Assembly: GCA_039096935.1 (NCBI GenBank)
Contig: JBBPEE010000035.1
Span: 1 to 64,000, forward strand
DNA from: Blastocystis sp. ATCC 50177/Nand II
Taxonomy: Eukaryota
Length of the DNA: 64,000 bases
Reading direction: 5' to 3'
Both the position numbers and the translations under genes were made by a program. Positions 25,721-38,361 of the stretch are shown here, in pieces. The notes beneath the pieces are model-generated. The model searched no databases and had not been told where the DNA came from. It saw only the letters and a list, made by a program, of their open reading frames with translations. Each line of letters begins with the position of its first letter. Within the stretch, counting starts at the first letter, position 1.

Positions 25721-26845
25721 GTGGAAGCATTCTGTCGAGAGAAGCCTGCCGGAACAAGCAGTCAAGGCAAGTCAACGGAGACGAGTGAAGTGTACTGGAG
25801 AGAAGGCGGAGTGCGCCGGCGCAACAACCCTAATGGAGCGTCGACCCGAGTACTTGGGCCCCCCGCGGCGCGACAGCGGAGAGGAGGAAGGAATCCTGTT
25901 GCCGAGAAGACAGTGGAGGAATCATGTTGCCGAGAAGACAGCGAAGGCAAGCCAGACCCCCGGACGAGACGGACTCTACAACACGGAAGAAGCGAGCGCA
26001 GCGAAGGAGAGAGCGCGCCCGCGCACAAGAACTCGAGGGCAACAACGAGTCGAATGGTTGGGCCCCCACAACGAAGGAGCCGAAGAAGCCGAAGGAGCCG
26101 AAGGACGAGTTGCGAGCACAGCCTATGGAGGACATACCGATACACGCAAGGGCACGTCGAGGACGAGCCGAAAAAGCCGAAGAAGGCGAAGAAGCCGAAG
26201 GAGACGCAGAAGCCGAAGAAGACGAAGGAGGCGAAGGAGGCGAAGGAGACGAAGGAGACGCAGAATCACACTACACAATGGCCGATAGTGTTTGTGCCGG
26301 AGGGACAGTGGAGAGGACGCGGCGGACCGCCAGACCGAGGACGGCGGGGACAGCGTGTTCTTCGTGGCCAGAGGGTGTCCCGAGGGATTTCTCGCTTGAG
26401 GCGTCAAAGGCGCCCGTTCTTTTTCACCAGAAATGGTGTTTTTTGGGATGCCTGTTGGTCTTGGCTTGGGGCGAGACCACGAACCGCACTATGGCAGACC
26501 GGAGGGAATGGTACTCATGCCGTACGATCCGCTGTGGGTCGGGCAGTTGGCAGGACTGCGCACACCGCAAGCATTGCAAGAACTGGCATGCCCACGGGGT
26601 ACTCGCTGTGCAAAGGCAGTATTCCTTTAGGCGGCAGCCCGAGGTTACTCAGTGTGGCAAGGGCGTTACTACCCAAACGTGTTTTTTACCTCGAGGGAGG
26701 AGGGCGCAAGCCCGGTCAGTGGGAGAGGGCGCGAGCCCGTGTAAGGCAAACTTGGGGGTTTTTCATGGGCGTTTACTCAGGAGAGGCGTACGGGCGAAGG
26801 GTGCGGGCCCTTCAGGGAGAAACAAGCCTGCAGGTTTTCCGTTAA
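25721..26845 (+). other. GC-rich ORF-like block of unknown identity (low-complexity K/E repeats; 3' part repeated at 41600)
   Basis: Frame ends VFR-TAA followed by TGTTTGTTTGTTTG. No confident family match. Confidence 0.35.
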
Positions 26846-26879
26846 CATTTTGTTTGTTTGTTTGTCAGTATGACTATAA

Positions 26880-28215
26880 TAAACACGTGAACTATGGTCC
26901 AATGTATGTGCTTTATGTAGCAGTCTCTTCATTCTCTCACTAATGGAGATTGTTGAGTTACCATTAGCACATTGGTTTTGCTTTTGGTGATACATGATCA
27001 TGTCAGTCGCATTAACCACAACAGATATCCCACAAATGCTATGCACTTGGATGTAACTGCTCTTTGATGACTTTGCAATGTACTTTGTTCTTCCCTTCCA
27101 AGTTATTGAATACCGTGAACAATAACTCGTTGGATCATAGGAAGCACTCCAATCACATCGTCTCAGATCACAGGCAGAGAACGCATTATACACCTATTCT
27201 TCATGTACACTGCAGCACTCACTTGAAAGGCGAGGGCATTGGGGTATTCCTTATCATACTGTTCAACCACAGATCTGACCGTCTTTCTAGTATCCAACGG
27301 CATGAAGAATTCATCAATATCGTCATATATCACGAATGTTGATGCATAGCGGTAATGCCTATGACAGCTTTGCAGCGCGATTTGCTGCTCATTGAAGCTT
27401 GTATGGTTGATAAACTCCATGTCTACAACATCGAGCTGTCCTTTCTCAATGAAGGGCTGTAATGCATTCCTCCAGTAGGAATAGCGAGTATTTGCGAAAA
27501 TGGTTGTATGTTCCACCCCTTGATAGAAATAGTAGTAAAGCCACATTCTGACTCTGTCCAAAGGAGCATTGGCAATAGATGTGCAGCTAGATAGGTAATA
27601 CCTTCTTTTCGTGAAATCTCTAATAACATGCGGTTCAATGACATAGTATGCACCTGTATAGACATGAAGAAGAGTAACATTCAGGTGTGTTCCTCTGTTA
27701 CCCTTTCCAAAGCTAAACACGGCTACAATAGAATGGTACTTGCGATCGTACTCATACTTATTGTTATGGCGACAGTTTCAAATCCACCGGCATTGTGGGC
27801 GAAACTCCCACCTAAAATCGCGGTTATTTCTGTAACCAGGCACGGTATGAATGTGGAAAGGGTGGCAATCGATAGATCTCAGAGTCCTCTTTCACATGAA
27901 GTAGTTCACTTGTGCAAATACTTCGTATTGATCGAGATTTTGACCAACAAGTGTTCAGTGGTGCTTGATTGGAAAGTGGGCCCTAATGCTGGAATTGACA
28001 ACCACGCGGATTGGGCATTGCTAGATGTGATAATATGAATCCTCTCATTGTTTGTAATAATATAGTATATGCTATTCCACCCAAATACAAATGGTTAATG
28101 AGAAAATGGCGAAAAACGAATTCGCAAAATAGGCCCTGCTTTAGGCGATTCCTGGAATAGGGACTATTTTCATTTTCACTTTTTGATAACGACTTAGCAA
28201 TGCCTCTTGCTCATG
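26880..28215 (-). CDS. Glycosyltransferase family 92 (DUF23)-like protein, multi-exon; ends approximate, 5' part may be frameshifted
   Basis: LSSCT..RVRMWLYYYFYQGVEHTTIF, QQIALQSCHRHYRY and YDDIDEFFMP (DxDE) motifs. Confidence 0.75.
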
Positions 28216-28507
28216 ATAGATAGGTTCGTTTGCACATACTATGTGTTCCTGTGCTACTGATGGGGTAGTCATACTCTGGCATGTGTATTTACCTGGAATT
28301 GCTTTCTATGCAGGAATCCCTATGTGCTTCCATATGTTAGGTCACTATTCATCTTTGTTTGTCTCTTCAATGTCTCATATATACATTGTATTCATGATTC
28401 ACATGCTCTCCTTAGTTTCGTAGTATCTAACTTCTGTTAGTTTTGGTTTAAAGGAGTATATATCTATTCTCGCGATACACGCATCTATCTATACAGATGT
28501 CGATTGA

Positions 28508-29487
28508 TTAACAAATGCAAAAGCTATCTTGTTTGAACACAATGGAGTTGATACTTTTCTTCTCCTGCTTCCCATTCCCCATTGCATAGTGCACTTCTCT
28601 TACATAGTAGCGGAGAAAAGGATTCATGGAGACCTTTTCCTTGCCAACATTCACCACGCATGATTTCTTCACCACCAAAGGGAGTTCGTACGATGAGTAT
28701 ACTCGATTATCATGTTCTTCACACAAGTGAATTGAGCAATCATCTATTTCAAGGCAATCAAGTCACATTATGGATGCGCATTAGAAATGTGATTCAAATA
28801 ATCACTAGTTTAGAAGTGACTCAGCATTGCCCTTAATGCGATTCAAAGCTAACAGCTCTATAGCTCGTATTTGGGCTAGTTTTCATTCTGCGGGTACTTT
28901 TGTTATGTATAACAAATCCAATTTTTCGCCTGCGGCGGGCATAGTCTACCACCCATATTTGAAAGGACGGGCAGGGCGTTTTTTTGGGCCCTGTCGCCAT
29001 ACTTATTGTTAGCTGCTTTCCCATTCACCCATGCCATGCATGGAGACCTTGCAATTAGATCCCTCTTTTCCGGTGATACACGAAGATACTTCAAATTGAA
29101 TATTGCCTCAACAATCAAGTAGTCATTCTCGTAATAGGCAAATGAGTCCATAAGAACTGGGATTGTATCTCTCTTTGATTCGGAAGAACCATAATACACA
29201 GTTCTATTGCGTAAATCAAAAAGAGAAGGGTAATGTGTATTGATAGAGTGAGAAGAACCAAAAGAGGTTCTACCAGTGAGCAGACTCCTCTGCTGTATCA
29301 CCGGGAATGATGAGCTAGCATCCTTCATCATCTGGCAACAAAGATACAGTATGCAGTTAAACAAGATAAGAACAGTAATCATCAGTTTAAGTGTTATAGT
29401 ATCATTCTTTGTACACATTTCTATTCCATCCATTTGCGTCCTTGCCTCGTTTTCTTCAATGAGGGTCTTATCTATAGTCCTCTTCAC
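28508..29487 (-). pseudogene. Type II membrane protein, probable truncated/frameshifted paralog of the adjacent GT92-like gene
   Basis: N-terminal TM segment. YLIVEAIFNLKYL resembles HLLVKISINTKYL of the neighbour. Stops at DSFCIC, about where the GT domain would begin. Confidence 0.4.
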
Positions 29488-29541
29488 TTTTCCACCATTC
29501 TGTTCTTCTTAGGTATTGTTTCTAACAAACACTCATTACCA

Positions 29542-30853
29542 TCATGGCCACTCTTTATCCAATGGTCTTGATATATACTTATACACCTCTCTTGTGTAGG
29601 TGATGTTTCTTGTTTCATAATAGCTGTTGTTGAATCTGATACTATAGGCATCCTGTATCTTTAGGAACAGGTTGTGGAGAGTGGGCAATAGGAACGCTTC
29701 ATTATTTCCACCATCTCGCCTAAATACAGGATGATAATTATAGTATTTGCTTCCAGAGTAAGGAACTCCATAGTAGGCAATCAAGAGAGACACTACGGCT
29801 TGATCAAATCGATGGTTATTAATGGAGGATTCAATGGGAGCAATGCACTTTCGTGTGTAGGCGCACATCTGGAATATGGGGACAAAACAGTCACGAATCA
29901 TAGCATTATTGTAATCCATGATCAACACACCGCTAGAAATCATAGGGCTATTGTTAGGAACGAAATGGCTGAAGAGACCGTTCTCAATCAGAAACTGCTG
30001 TGTTTTGTTGTGCACCCAAATGCCCACATCGCCATGCGATGGTGGAGAGAAAAGACCATAGTGTCGAACCATTGTCAACTCTCGGCTGATTCCCTCTCTG
30101 ATGAGGTCTCCAGCATCCAGCCAATAGAAGATGCCCTGCCATTCATAAAACACGTCCAAGTAGGGAATCACTTTGAAGGCGTATCCCCCCCTCTGCATAG
30201 GGTTTTCTTCAATGTACCACCACTTTGGGACACTTGTCCAGTTGAGTCTACGATAAGAAAGGACTCCAGTGGAGGCCATCTTTCGTTGTATCTGGAGAAT
30301 CGTATCGAAATGAGTGTACAGTTTGGCTCGGATGTCACTGCTCATACCACCATCAAGATAAGCATAGGAAGCATAAGGGTCAGCCAAAACCATCGAGTAT
30401 AAACAGTTGAAGGACGCAAAGGCATGATTCTCTGTAGCACCAGTCATCATCAGAACATCAGACGTTTGGTGAGAGAATGGGGGTATTTCACCTGTAACAA
30501 CTGCCTCATTCATCCCATCAAAACGCCCACCAAAGTTCTCATACCGTAGACTCTTGTTGTGATACAGCTGATTGAAAGGGATGGGATAAACAATATCATC
30601 ATAGTCATACTCTAAGAATGAGAGCATAACGGGAGGTCATACGATTCTTTTCATACGCAGCAAAGTCAGGAAGAGATGGAATGGGAATAGATGGTTTGTC
30701 ATATGCAGCAGTTCTCACTCCCGTTTTGCAGGGTGAATAATGGGTAATCTGCTTCGAAGGGGTAATATCGAGTAGAGAGGAATTGTATAGTCTCCAGTAG
30801 AGAACGAGAAAGGAGAGCAGAAAGGGAATGGCTATTATTGAAGTCTGCTTCAT
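29542..30853 (-). CDS. DUF1647-family (GT-like) type II membrane protein; one 31-nt intron at 30612-30642
   Basis: TGATENHAF, YAFKV, YWLDAG, CIAP, NHRFDQAVVSLL motifs. The GTATGA..TTAG intron joins ORFs 30605-30853 and 29542-30627 in frame. TGTTTGTT lies 10 nt after the stop. Confidence 0.8.
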
Positions 30854-30971
30854 GATAGGTTATTATGTGACTCAGTTAATGCTGCAATGGAACACTGTCA
30901 ACAAGTAATGAAACTCCCAGTAGTACGGTGGATACTGTACTCACAACACCTATATTTCATTAAGCATCACA

Positions 30972-33427
30972 ATGAGAAGGAGCATCATTCTCTTCTTCTT
31001 AGTGCTCTGCTGTCTGTTTTGTTATCGACTCCTTCTGAATAGCGGGTTTCCTTTTTTCAGTGTTGTATCATTGTGTAGTTCTGTGCAATCCGCTTGGCTG
31101 TACATCCCAACTGCCACCCAAGTGTCTTTCAGGTACTTGTATGGTAATAGTATCACCTAGTGTTTGTAACACATAGACATCCACATTGTGAGTGAGAAGA
31201 ATCATGTGTTCAAACCCATCCGTATCATCCCCTCCCTATTCTCATGGAATAGACTCTCATGAAATCCGACCCGCCTCAATGGAACCCTATCTCAACAGTT
31301 CTCTTCCTCTATCCACCAGAGAACAGTACAACAAAGACACATATCATCTCTTCCAGCCTCTTTCACTTCCAAAGAGAGTGCTGCGATCAATTGCAAGACT
31401 CTTTGGGTTTGATGATCGAGAGTACTTCAATGGAACGCAAATCGATTGTGTTTCCTCCTCCCCGTTTTCACATGTAGATGCTGATCCTGATGTGTTTCCC
31501 ATCTACACTACCGATCAGTTTCCCATCACCAATGCCACCTACATGTCTCAATTCCCCTCTCTTCCTCCCATCTACTTAGTTCTTCCTCATACAAATCACT
31601 CCTGTGCTGTTGACATTGCGAATGTGCTTCCTCCATTCCTGCAATCCATACGCAATGCCTCTGTTCCTATGCCAGTGTCTGATAAGGAGTGGAGAGACAG
31701 AAACGCCATTGTGGACAGGGGCATCATCGAAAGGGAGCAGTGGGCGCAAAAGACCGAGGCTTACAAGAGAATGCGTGGTGCGTCGTTGGCTGAAGTGAGT
31801 GGCGTTCTTCCCTCCGATCATTTGGGAGCCAAGTACTCTCGATTCATCTACAAGGATGTCCGCAACCTTGAAACAATGATAGTGGAGAAACTGTATGAGG
31901 AAATGAAGGGAATGGAATGCATGAGGAGTGTTGTGAAGCGTTTTGAGGAAATGAAGAAGGAACTGTCAATCACGGAAGCAGAGGAGAAGAAGGCGATTCG
32001 CGAGGAGTTGGAAAAGAATCAGGAGTCACCCGACGCGGTTGTTCCAGAGAGTGCAGTGCTTCATGAGTTTAACAGTCACAAGGAAGCGCTCACAAGCCTT
32101 AGGAGGTTCTTCTTCTACACCACTTCCTACAAGTCGGAAGGAGCTCATGGTTGTGATGGCTGCTATGATATGCAGAAGGCTCATCCACTCATGAAAACGG
32201 TTTCCTTCCCAGACGGGGTGGTGATGCGTTGCTTTATCGGCAATAAGGAAATCCCCAACTTCCATGGTGTTCATTGTCTGCGAAGAATCGAGGGGTGACA
32301 TGTAGTGGTGTTTCCCAAACCGGATGATCCATTCGATGTGACGGGTGTTGTGGCAGGCAACTACAACCGCTTGTTTGCACTCCAGCAGTTACTGAATCGC
32401 TGGAGGGGGTAGGCATCACAGTGGGATTGATTAGACTAGTCCCATCTCCATTGTTCTTCACTGTCCAAGCAACTATGAAACACAAGCACTGTCTTTCATT
32501 TCATCCTATTCCTTTCCCATCCGTATGACTCTCATCCTCTATGTGGTGGATTCGACTCACCCTCACTACTCCAACTTCCCCGTTAACTATCTTCGCAACC
32601 TCGCCATCAAAGCAGTGCGAACCACGCACTTCCAGATTCTCGATATGGATTTGCGAATGACCCGTTGGAGTGTTGAAGCCGAGTGATTTGTAGTCAACAC
32701 GTATGACGAAATCAAGAGGTTGCCGGAGTACATCACCTCCAGTAACACATCTGCCGTCATTCTGCCCATCTTCTTCTTCAATCATACCACTGTGTTGGAT
32801 CACTGTGATTCTGTTGAGAGTTGCGCTTATCTGTGTTCCTTCCTTTGACTATTCATCCATAGAACCAACTACTATCAGCCAGAGAACAAGCTCGATCTGA
32901 TCGCTTGTATCGCCACAAAGAACTGCATATCCAACAAGCGTCTTGTTCGGACTCACGCATTTCTTTCCCTCATCCCATTACTTAATAGATGTATGTGATG
33001 CCCGAATGGTTTGTAGCCTCTCCCTCCTCCCCTGTTTCACGCATTCGTTGTTTCATGACGGACTTCATGGAACCCTATCTCATGGTGCGTCTTTCTCCAG
33101 ACCTGCCTCTGTTTGATGATCGGTTTGTGAACTATGGATACAACAAGGTGGAGTACGTGGAGAACCTAAGACAAGCCGGTTTCTCGTTTTTCATTCTGAA
33201 TCAAGCCTTCGCCATGGACTTCCCTCATCCCGAGTGAGAATGGGTGATGATGCTAAAGAGTAGCACAGAGTTCAGAACGGCGTATCACAACATGATTCAC
33301 AGCAACAGCGGCAATCCCATGAAGGATGTCTACAACGATCTACAGAAGAAGTTCAATCGGGACTTCCAGTATCGCGAGTCTTTTCCGGTGTGTTTCTTGC
33401 GTCAGTTGGCGTACTATGAGGAGTTGT
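30972..33427 (+). CDS. Glycosyltransferase family 49 (LARGE/B4GAT1-like) protein, multi-exon; stop probably completed by polyadenylation at T33427
   Basis: N-terminal [22 protein letters not shown] near 32576; [28 protein letters not shown] followed 4 nt later by TGTTTGTT. Confidence 0.85.
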
Positions 33428-33478
33428 TGGGTGTTTGTTGGAGAGAACTGAGATATCTTGTCATTCTAATCCTGAATA

Positions 33479-35199
33479 AAGTAGTGGCACAAACCCCTGA
33501 AATGGCACAAACCCCGGAACGACCACCGGCGAAACGCCCACTACCCTGCCCAATGGATAGTACATGAAGAGTTATTAGGGTTAAGCCATAGATAGTCAAG
33601 AGCTCCTATGGAAGAATCTGGAGAAAAACGGTCCTCAAATCTCATTGGTCGACCGTATCTTTCGTCATTTCTCCCCCACAAGGCCTATTTCTTCAAACCC
33701 TTTTGCATTTTCTTTGTGTTTACAACAAAACACTATCACACCGAATTTGGCCAGGCTCAGAACAGCTTCACTCCCGTCAATCGCGATTTCCGGCAATTGC
33801 GGCGTTCTTCGTTCTTCTCCGGCAGCTGAGCTAGGATGGAGGAGTGGTCATCAGAAAGCAGTGTCGTTCGCTTCCAGGCCTGCAGGATGTTGCTTCTTGT
33901 GAAGGCATCCGAAAAGGCGTTTCTAGAAGCATCGAGCACGGCTTCTATCCCGTTGCTCTTGCAGTACTCCTTGAGGTGGGTCTTATAGGGACTATAGATC
34001 CCCACGTCCAGGGGTTGGAGGAGAGCAGTGGTCTTCGCAGGCAGGATGACCATATGGATGTTTTCACTTCTTAAAGCTCGCTCCACAGCCTTGTCATACC
34101 GACTTGCGTGCGCATCTGCTATTATCAGGGCATGTCTATCCTTGTTGTTGCCTCTGATCTGATTTACCGCGGGAATCAGCAGATCGCGCATCCACCGAGC
34201 TAAGCTCTCATTGCTCATCCAACCCTTCGCGGACTGGGCAATGTAGTTATTATCCAAATGAATCTTCTCCAGAATCGGCGCGAGGCGCTTTCTGGGAGGG
34301 ATAATGTAATACTCGGGTAATGCCAGACCCGCCCCCGAGATACAGCCTACCAGAGTATAGTGCTCTCTCGGATTGCCCTGCTTCTTGGTAGGGATATCCC
34401 CACGGGCATGAGCTACTTTACAGCGCGGCGCCTTGTCCTGGGGCGAGATCCACGATTCGTCAAAATTGAAAACAAGATCAGGTGTAATTCCGTACTCTTT
34501 CAGAACCTTACCCACGAGAGCGAAGAACTCGCTCGCCTCATCAATGGATAGTAGTTTCTTAGTAGTATAGGAATTGCAACACTTATCCAGCAAAAGCCCC
34601 CCTCCCCCAAGATTTTGCGAATGTACCCTCTGGACACCAATCTCCGGTTATGCAAAACGGCGGGGCGTTTGGCCCGGACAATGTCCGTAACATACTCGCG
34701 CATCTCCTTCATAGTTGCACAATTACCCTCATGGGACTTGCACTCCACCCAGTCCCAAAATTCGACCTTTTCCACATCTCGAAGATAGGGTGGTCTCCCG
34801 TTGCGCCCAACCTCCCTCCCCTCTTTCATCGCATTCACTGCACTATAGTAGGATGATTTGGAGAGTTTCAGTTTCTTCTGAAGAAGTTGATTGGAATCGA
34901 CATCATCGCAATTCACATCGCCGCTCAGCCGTTTGATGGCGCTGAACTTCTTTCTGGGTGAGGTTTGATTCCTCACTTCACTCCTTGCAAACACGCGGTT
35001 CATCTCAAAGAAATAATGAAGATTGGCCAAAAAGGTAATGATTTCTGTTATTCGTTTTGGAAGATTCTGGAAGATTCTAGAACATTTGATTGAATAAACA
35101 TGTTTCTTACACTAATACCTATCCACATGAAAATTGGTGAAAAAGAACTAAGAGGTCGTTCCGGGGTTTGTGCCATTTCAGGGGTTTGTGCCACTACTT
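33479..35199 (-). mobile_element. pogo/Fot1-like (Tc1/mariner superfamily, DD35D) DNA transposon, copy 1, 1721 bp
   Basis: 46-bp TIRs AAGTAGTGGCACAAACCCCTGAAATGGCACAAACCCCGGAACGACC. TA TSD at 33477-78 and 35200-01. Paralogous empty site near 36978. Confidence 0.97.
33757..35030 (-). pseudogene. DDE_1 transposase with a 1-bp frameshift in a G run (possibly a sequencing error)
   Basis: Same protein as 56759-58033, but G6 instead of G7 near 34597-34602. Confidence 0.85.
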
Positions 35200-35234
35200 T
35201 ATGAGAAGTCTCTGTAGGAGGGTGGAAATGTAAC

Positions 35235-36509
35235 ATGAATAGAGTGGTCATTCAAGTTGTGGCAGAAGGGACACAAATCTGGGTAATGAATTCAACGATT
35301 CAGATTATTCCTGTCAACTGTCATGCTTTTCATCACCCTTCTCTTCATGACTGTTTTGTCACTGATAGTCTCATCGAATTACTATCATTCCCATTTTCAT
35401 CAACCTGTTTTCCTTCATGCAGTGCTATTCGACACAGAAGCAAATGATGACTGTAGCTATTGCTGCTGATATGAACAGTAGATGACGAGCGGTTATGCTC
35501 CAGGATCCTTCAAGTGACAAGCAATAGCTCAGAATCGGTGATCGTTGTGAATGCTACTGGTGGTGGGCTGGGCCATAAGATGCTATCCACCAGCATGGCT
35601 GTAACATACGCTCTCCTCACAAAGAAGAGACTCTATTGTTGGTAACTGAATCATCAGTTAGGAATAGTCAAAACACCAACTCCAATCCTCAATTCCATTG
35701 ATTCCTGCTTCAAGGATAGGGAATACCCTGACGGTTGGTTCTGCTATGCATGATCATCTATAGAAGTGCTTCCTCCGCATGTCTGTAAAGGACGATTCTC
35801 CTGTTTCACTATCATCAACGATACGGTGGACTTTGCTACAGCTCTACAGGAGAACACAACACTGCAAGATGCTCTGCTGCTAGTCAGATATGTTTACAAC
35901 GACCAGAACAGAGAGATCCTCATCCGAAATGGAGTGATGAGAGAAGATGAATCGATGAGCGATTATCAAAGGAAGCTCTACCAGTTGCTTCTTCGTCCCA
36001 ACAAGAGAATAAGGGAAGAAATCAATCAAATGAGGAATGCAGTGCATCAACGAAGTGTTTCGATTGGAGCCCATATTCGCACAGGTGGATTGCTGGCTAA
36101 TGATTGTGAGAGGGTTTCCATGGTGGATCAGCAGACACTGGAGACCATTCCCAGTCGAATTGAGAGTATACGAAGTCTCCTCACCAACAATACCAAAGAT
36201 GTGTCTGTGTATCTCTCCAGTGACTCTGATAAGGCACTCTCCTATCTTCGTGAACAACTCAATCCCGACTATTTGATCATCGTTGCATCAAATCACACAA
36301 GAGGGCGTACTACGGGAAAACAAATATCAGAGGATAAGGTGGGTGGAGCCCTCTTGGATCTCTTCGTTTTGAGTGATTGTGATGCTCTTCTCATTACACA
36401 AGGGAGTGGATTCAGCCTTGCTGCTGAAACCCTTTCAAAGTCAAGTGTCAAACAGGTGATTCCAGTGAAGAGAGGAAGAGTAGAGTGTGAAAGGAAACGG
36501 TTAAAGTAG
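35235..36509 (+). CDS. Fucosyltransferase-like protein (GT11/GT23/GT37-type motifs), tandem copy 1, multi-exon; start approximate
   Basis: TM segment, GGLGHK..TYALLT, IGAHIRTG, VYLSSD, DLFVLSDCD..SGFS. Confidence 0.8.
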
Positions 36510-37011
36510 TCGCGTACCAATACAACCATCCAGAAAAAGAGGATACCGTTTTCCCGTTTCGCTACTACTACTGGATGATGTTTGTTATGACTAACATCTT
36601 TTGCTGGGGTTCCGGTACAACCACAGGTACAAATGTCACGTGCTTTTGAAACGTCATTACTACCACATGATCAGGCACACTATCTACCATACATGGCTTG
36701 TCGGTATACCAGGTGGAAACGCCTCCTTGACATAACTGAATACAATCATCCTCCAGCTTCATCCATGAAGTCCAAGCATCCCTGATGATCATCCAGCTGC
36801 ATGGGTAAAACTCGAGCGTCCTCGATTATCTCTGCTTTTCAGTATTGATCACAACAGCCTTGTTAAAACAACTCCTCAATCCAACTACTTCTTCTCTCGG
36901 TGATGAGGCAGTGGCAGTACTATGAGGAGTTGTTGTGTGTTTGTTGGTGAGAATTGAGATCTTGTTCTAATCCCGATTACGAGAAGTCTCTGTAATGGGA
37001 TGGAATGAAGC

Positions 37012-38283
37012 ATGAATAGAGTGGTCATTCCAATTGTGGCAGAAAGGATACAAATCTGGGTAATGAATTCAACGATTCAGATTATTCCTGTCAACTGTCA
37101 TGCACTTCATCACCCTTCTCTTCATGACTGTTTTGTCACTGATAGTATCATCGTATTACTATCATTCCCATTTTCATCAACCTGTTTTCCTTCGTGTTTT
37201 ACAACTCAAAGGAGAGAGGGGTGATGACTGTAATCACCTTTACTTGAATGAACAGTAGATGAAGAGCGGTTATGCTCCAGAATCCTCCACATAACAAGCA
37301 ATCGCTCAGAATCAGTGATTGTTGTGAATGCGATTGGTGGTGGGCTGGGTCACAAGTTCATTTCCACCAGCATGGCTGTAACATACGCTCTCCTCACAAA
37401 GAAGAGACTCTATTGTTGGTAACTGAATCATCAGTTAGGAATAGTCAAAACACCAACTCCAATCCTCAATTCCATTGATTCCTGCTTCAAGGATAGGGAA
37501 TACCCTGACGGTTGGTTCTGCTATGCATGATCATCGGTAGAAACACTTCCTTCACATGTCTGTAAAGGACCATTCTCCTGTTTCACTATTGCCAACGATA
37601 CGGTGGACTTTGCTGCAGCCCTGCAGGAGAACACAACACTGCGGGACGCTCGATTACCACTCAAGTATGTTCACAATGACCAGAACAGAGAGATCCTTAT
37701 CAGAAATGGAGTGATGAGAGAAGATGAATCGATGAGCGATTATCAAAGGAAGCTCTACCAGTTGCTTCTTCGTCCCAACAAGAGAATAAGGGAAGAAATC
37801 AATCAAATGAGGAGTACAGTGCATCAACGAAGTGTTTCGATTGGGGCCCATATTCGCACAGGTGGATTGCTGGCTAATGATTGTGAGGGTGTTTCCATGG
37901 TGGATCAAGAGACACTGGAGACCATTCCCAGTCGAATTGAGAGTATACGAAGTCTCCTCACCAACAATACCAAAGATGTGTCTGTGTATCTCTCCAGTGA
38001 CTCTGATACGGCACTCTCCTATCTCCGTGAACAACTCAATCCCGACTATTTGATCATCGTTGCATCAAATCACACAAGAGGGCGTACTACGGGAAAACAA
38101 ATATCAGAGGATAAGGTGGGTGGAGCCCTTTTGGATCTCTTCGTTTTGAGTGATTGTGATGCTCTTCTCACTACACGGGGAAGTGGTTTCAGCACAATCG
38201 CAACAGGCCTTTCAAAGTCACGTGATAAGCAGGTCATTCCAGTGACAAGGGGAGAAGTGAAATGTGAAAGGAAACGGTCATAA
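37012..38283 (+). CDS. Fucosyltransferase-like protein, tandem copy 2, multi-exon; start approximate
   Basis: Near-identical paralog of 35235-36509 with the same motifs. Confidence 0.8.
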
Positions 38284-38361
38284 TAGCTTTTGTTTGTGTT
38301 ACACCAATCATTTCAAACAGAACACTATTACACAGAGAAAACTCACAATTTGTTTATCACT

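Noticed and set aside
26433..26630. VLMPYDPLW as a GrpB-like N-terminus
   Set aside because: The downstream HIGST and IDI motifs are absent; the match is too short.
33428..33567. C-terminal tail of ORF 33244-33567
   Set aside because: Lies past the inferred poly(A) site and runs into the transposon TIR.
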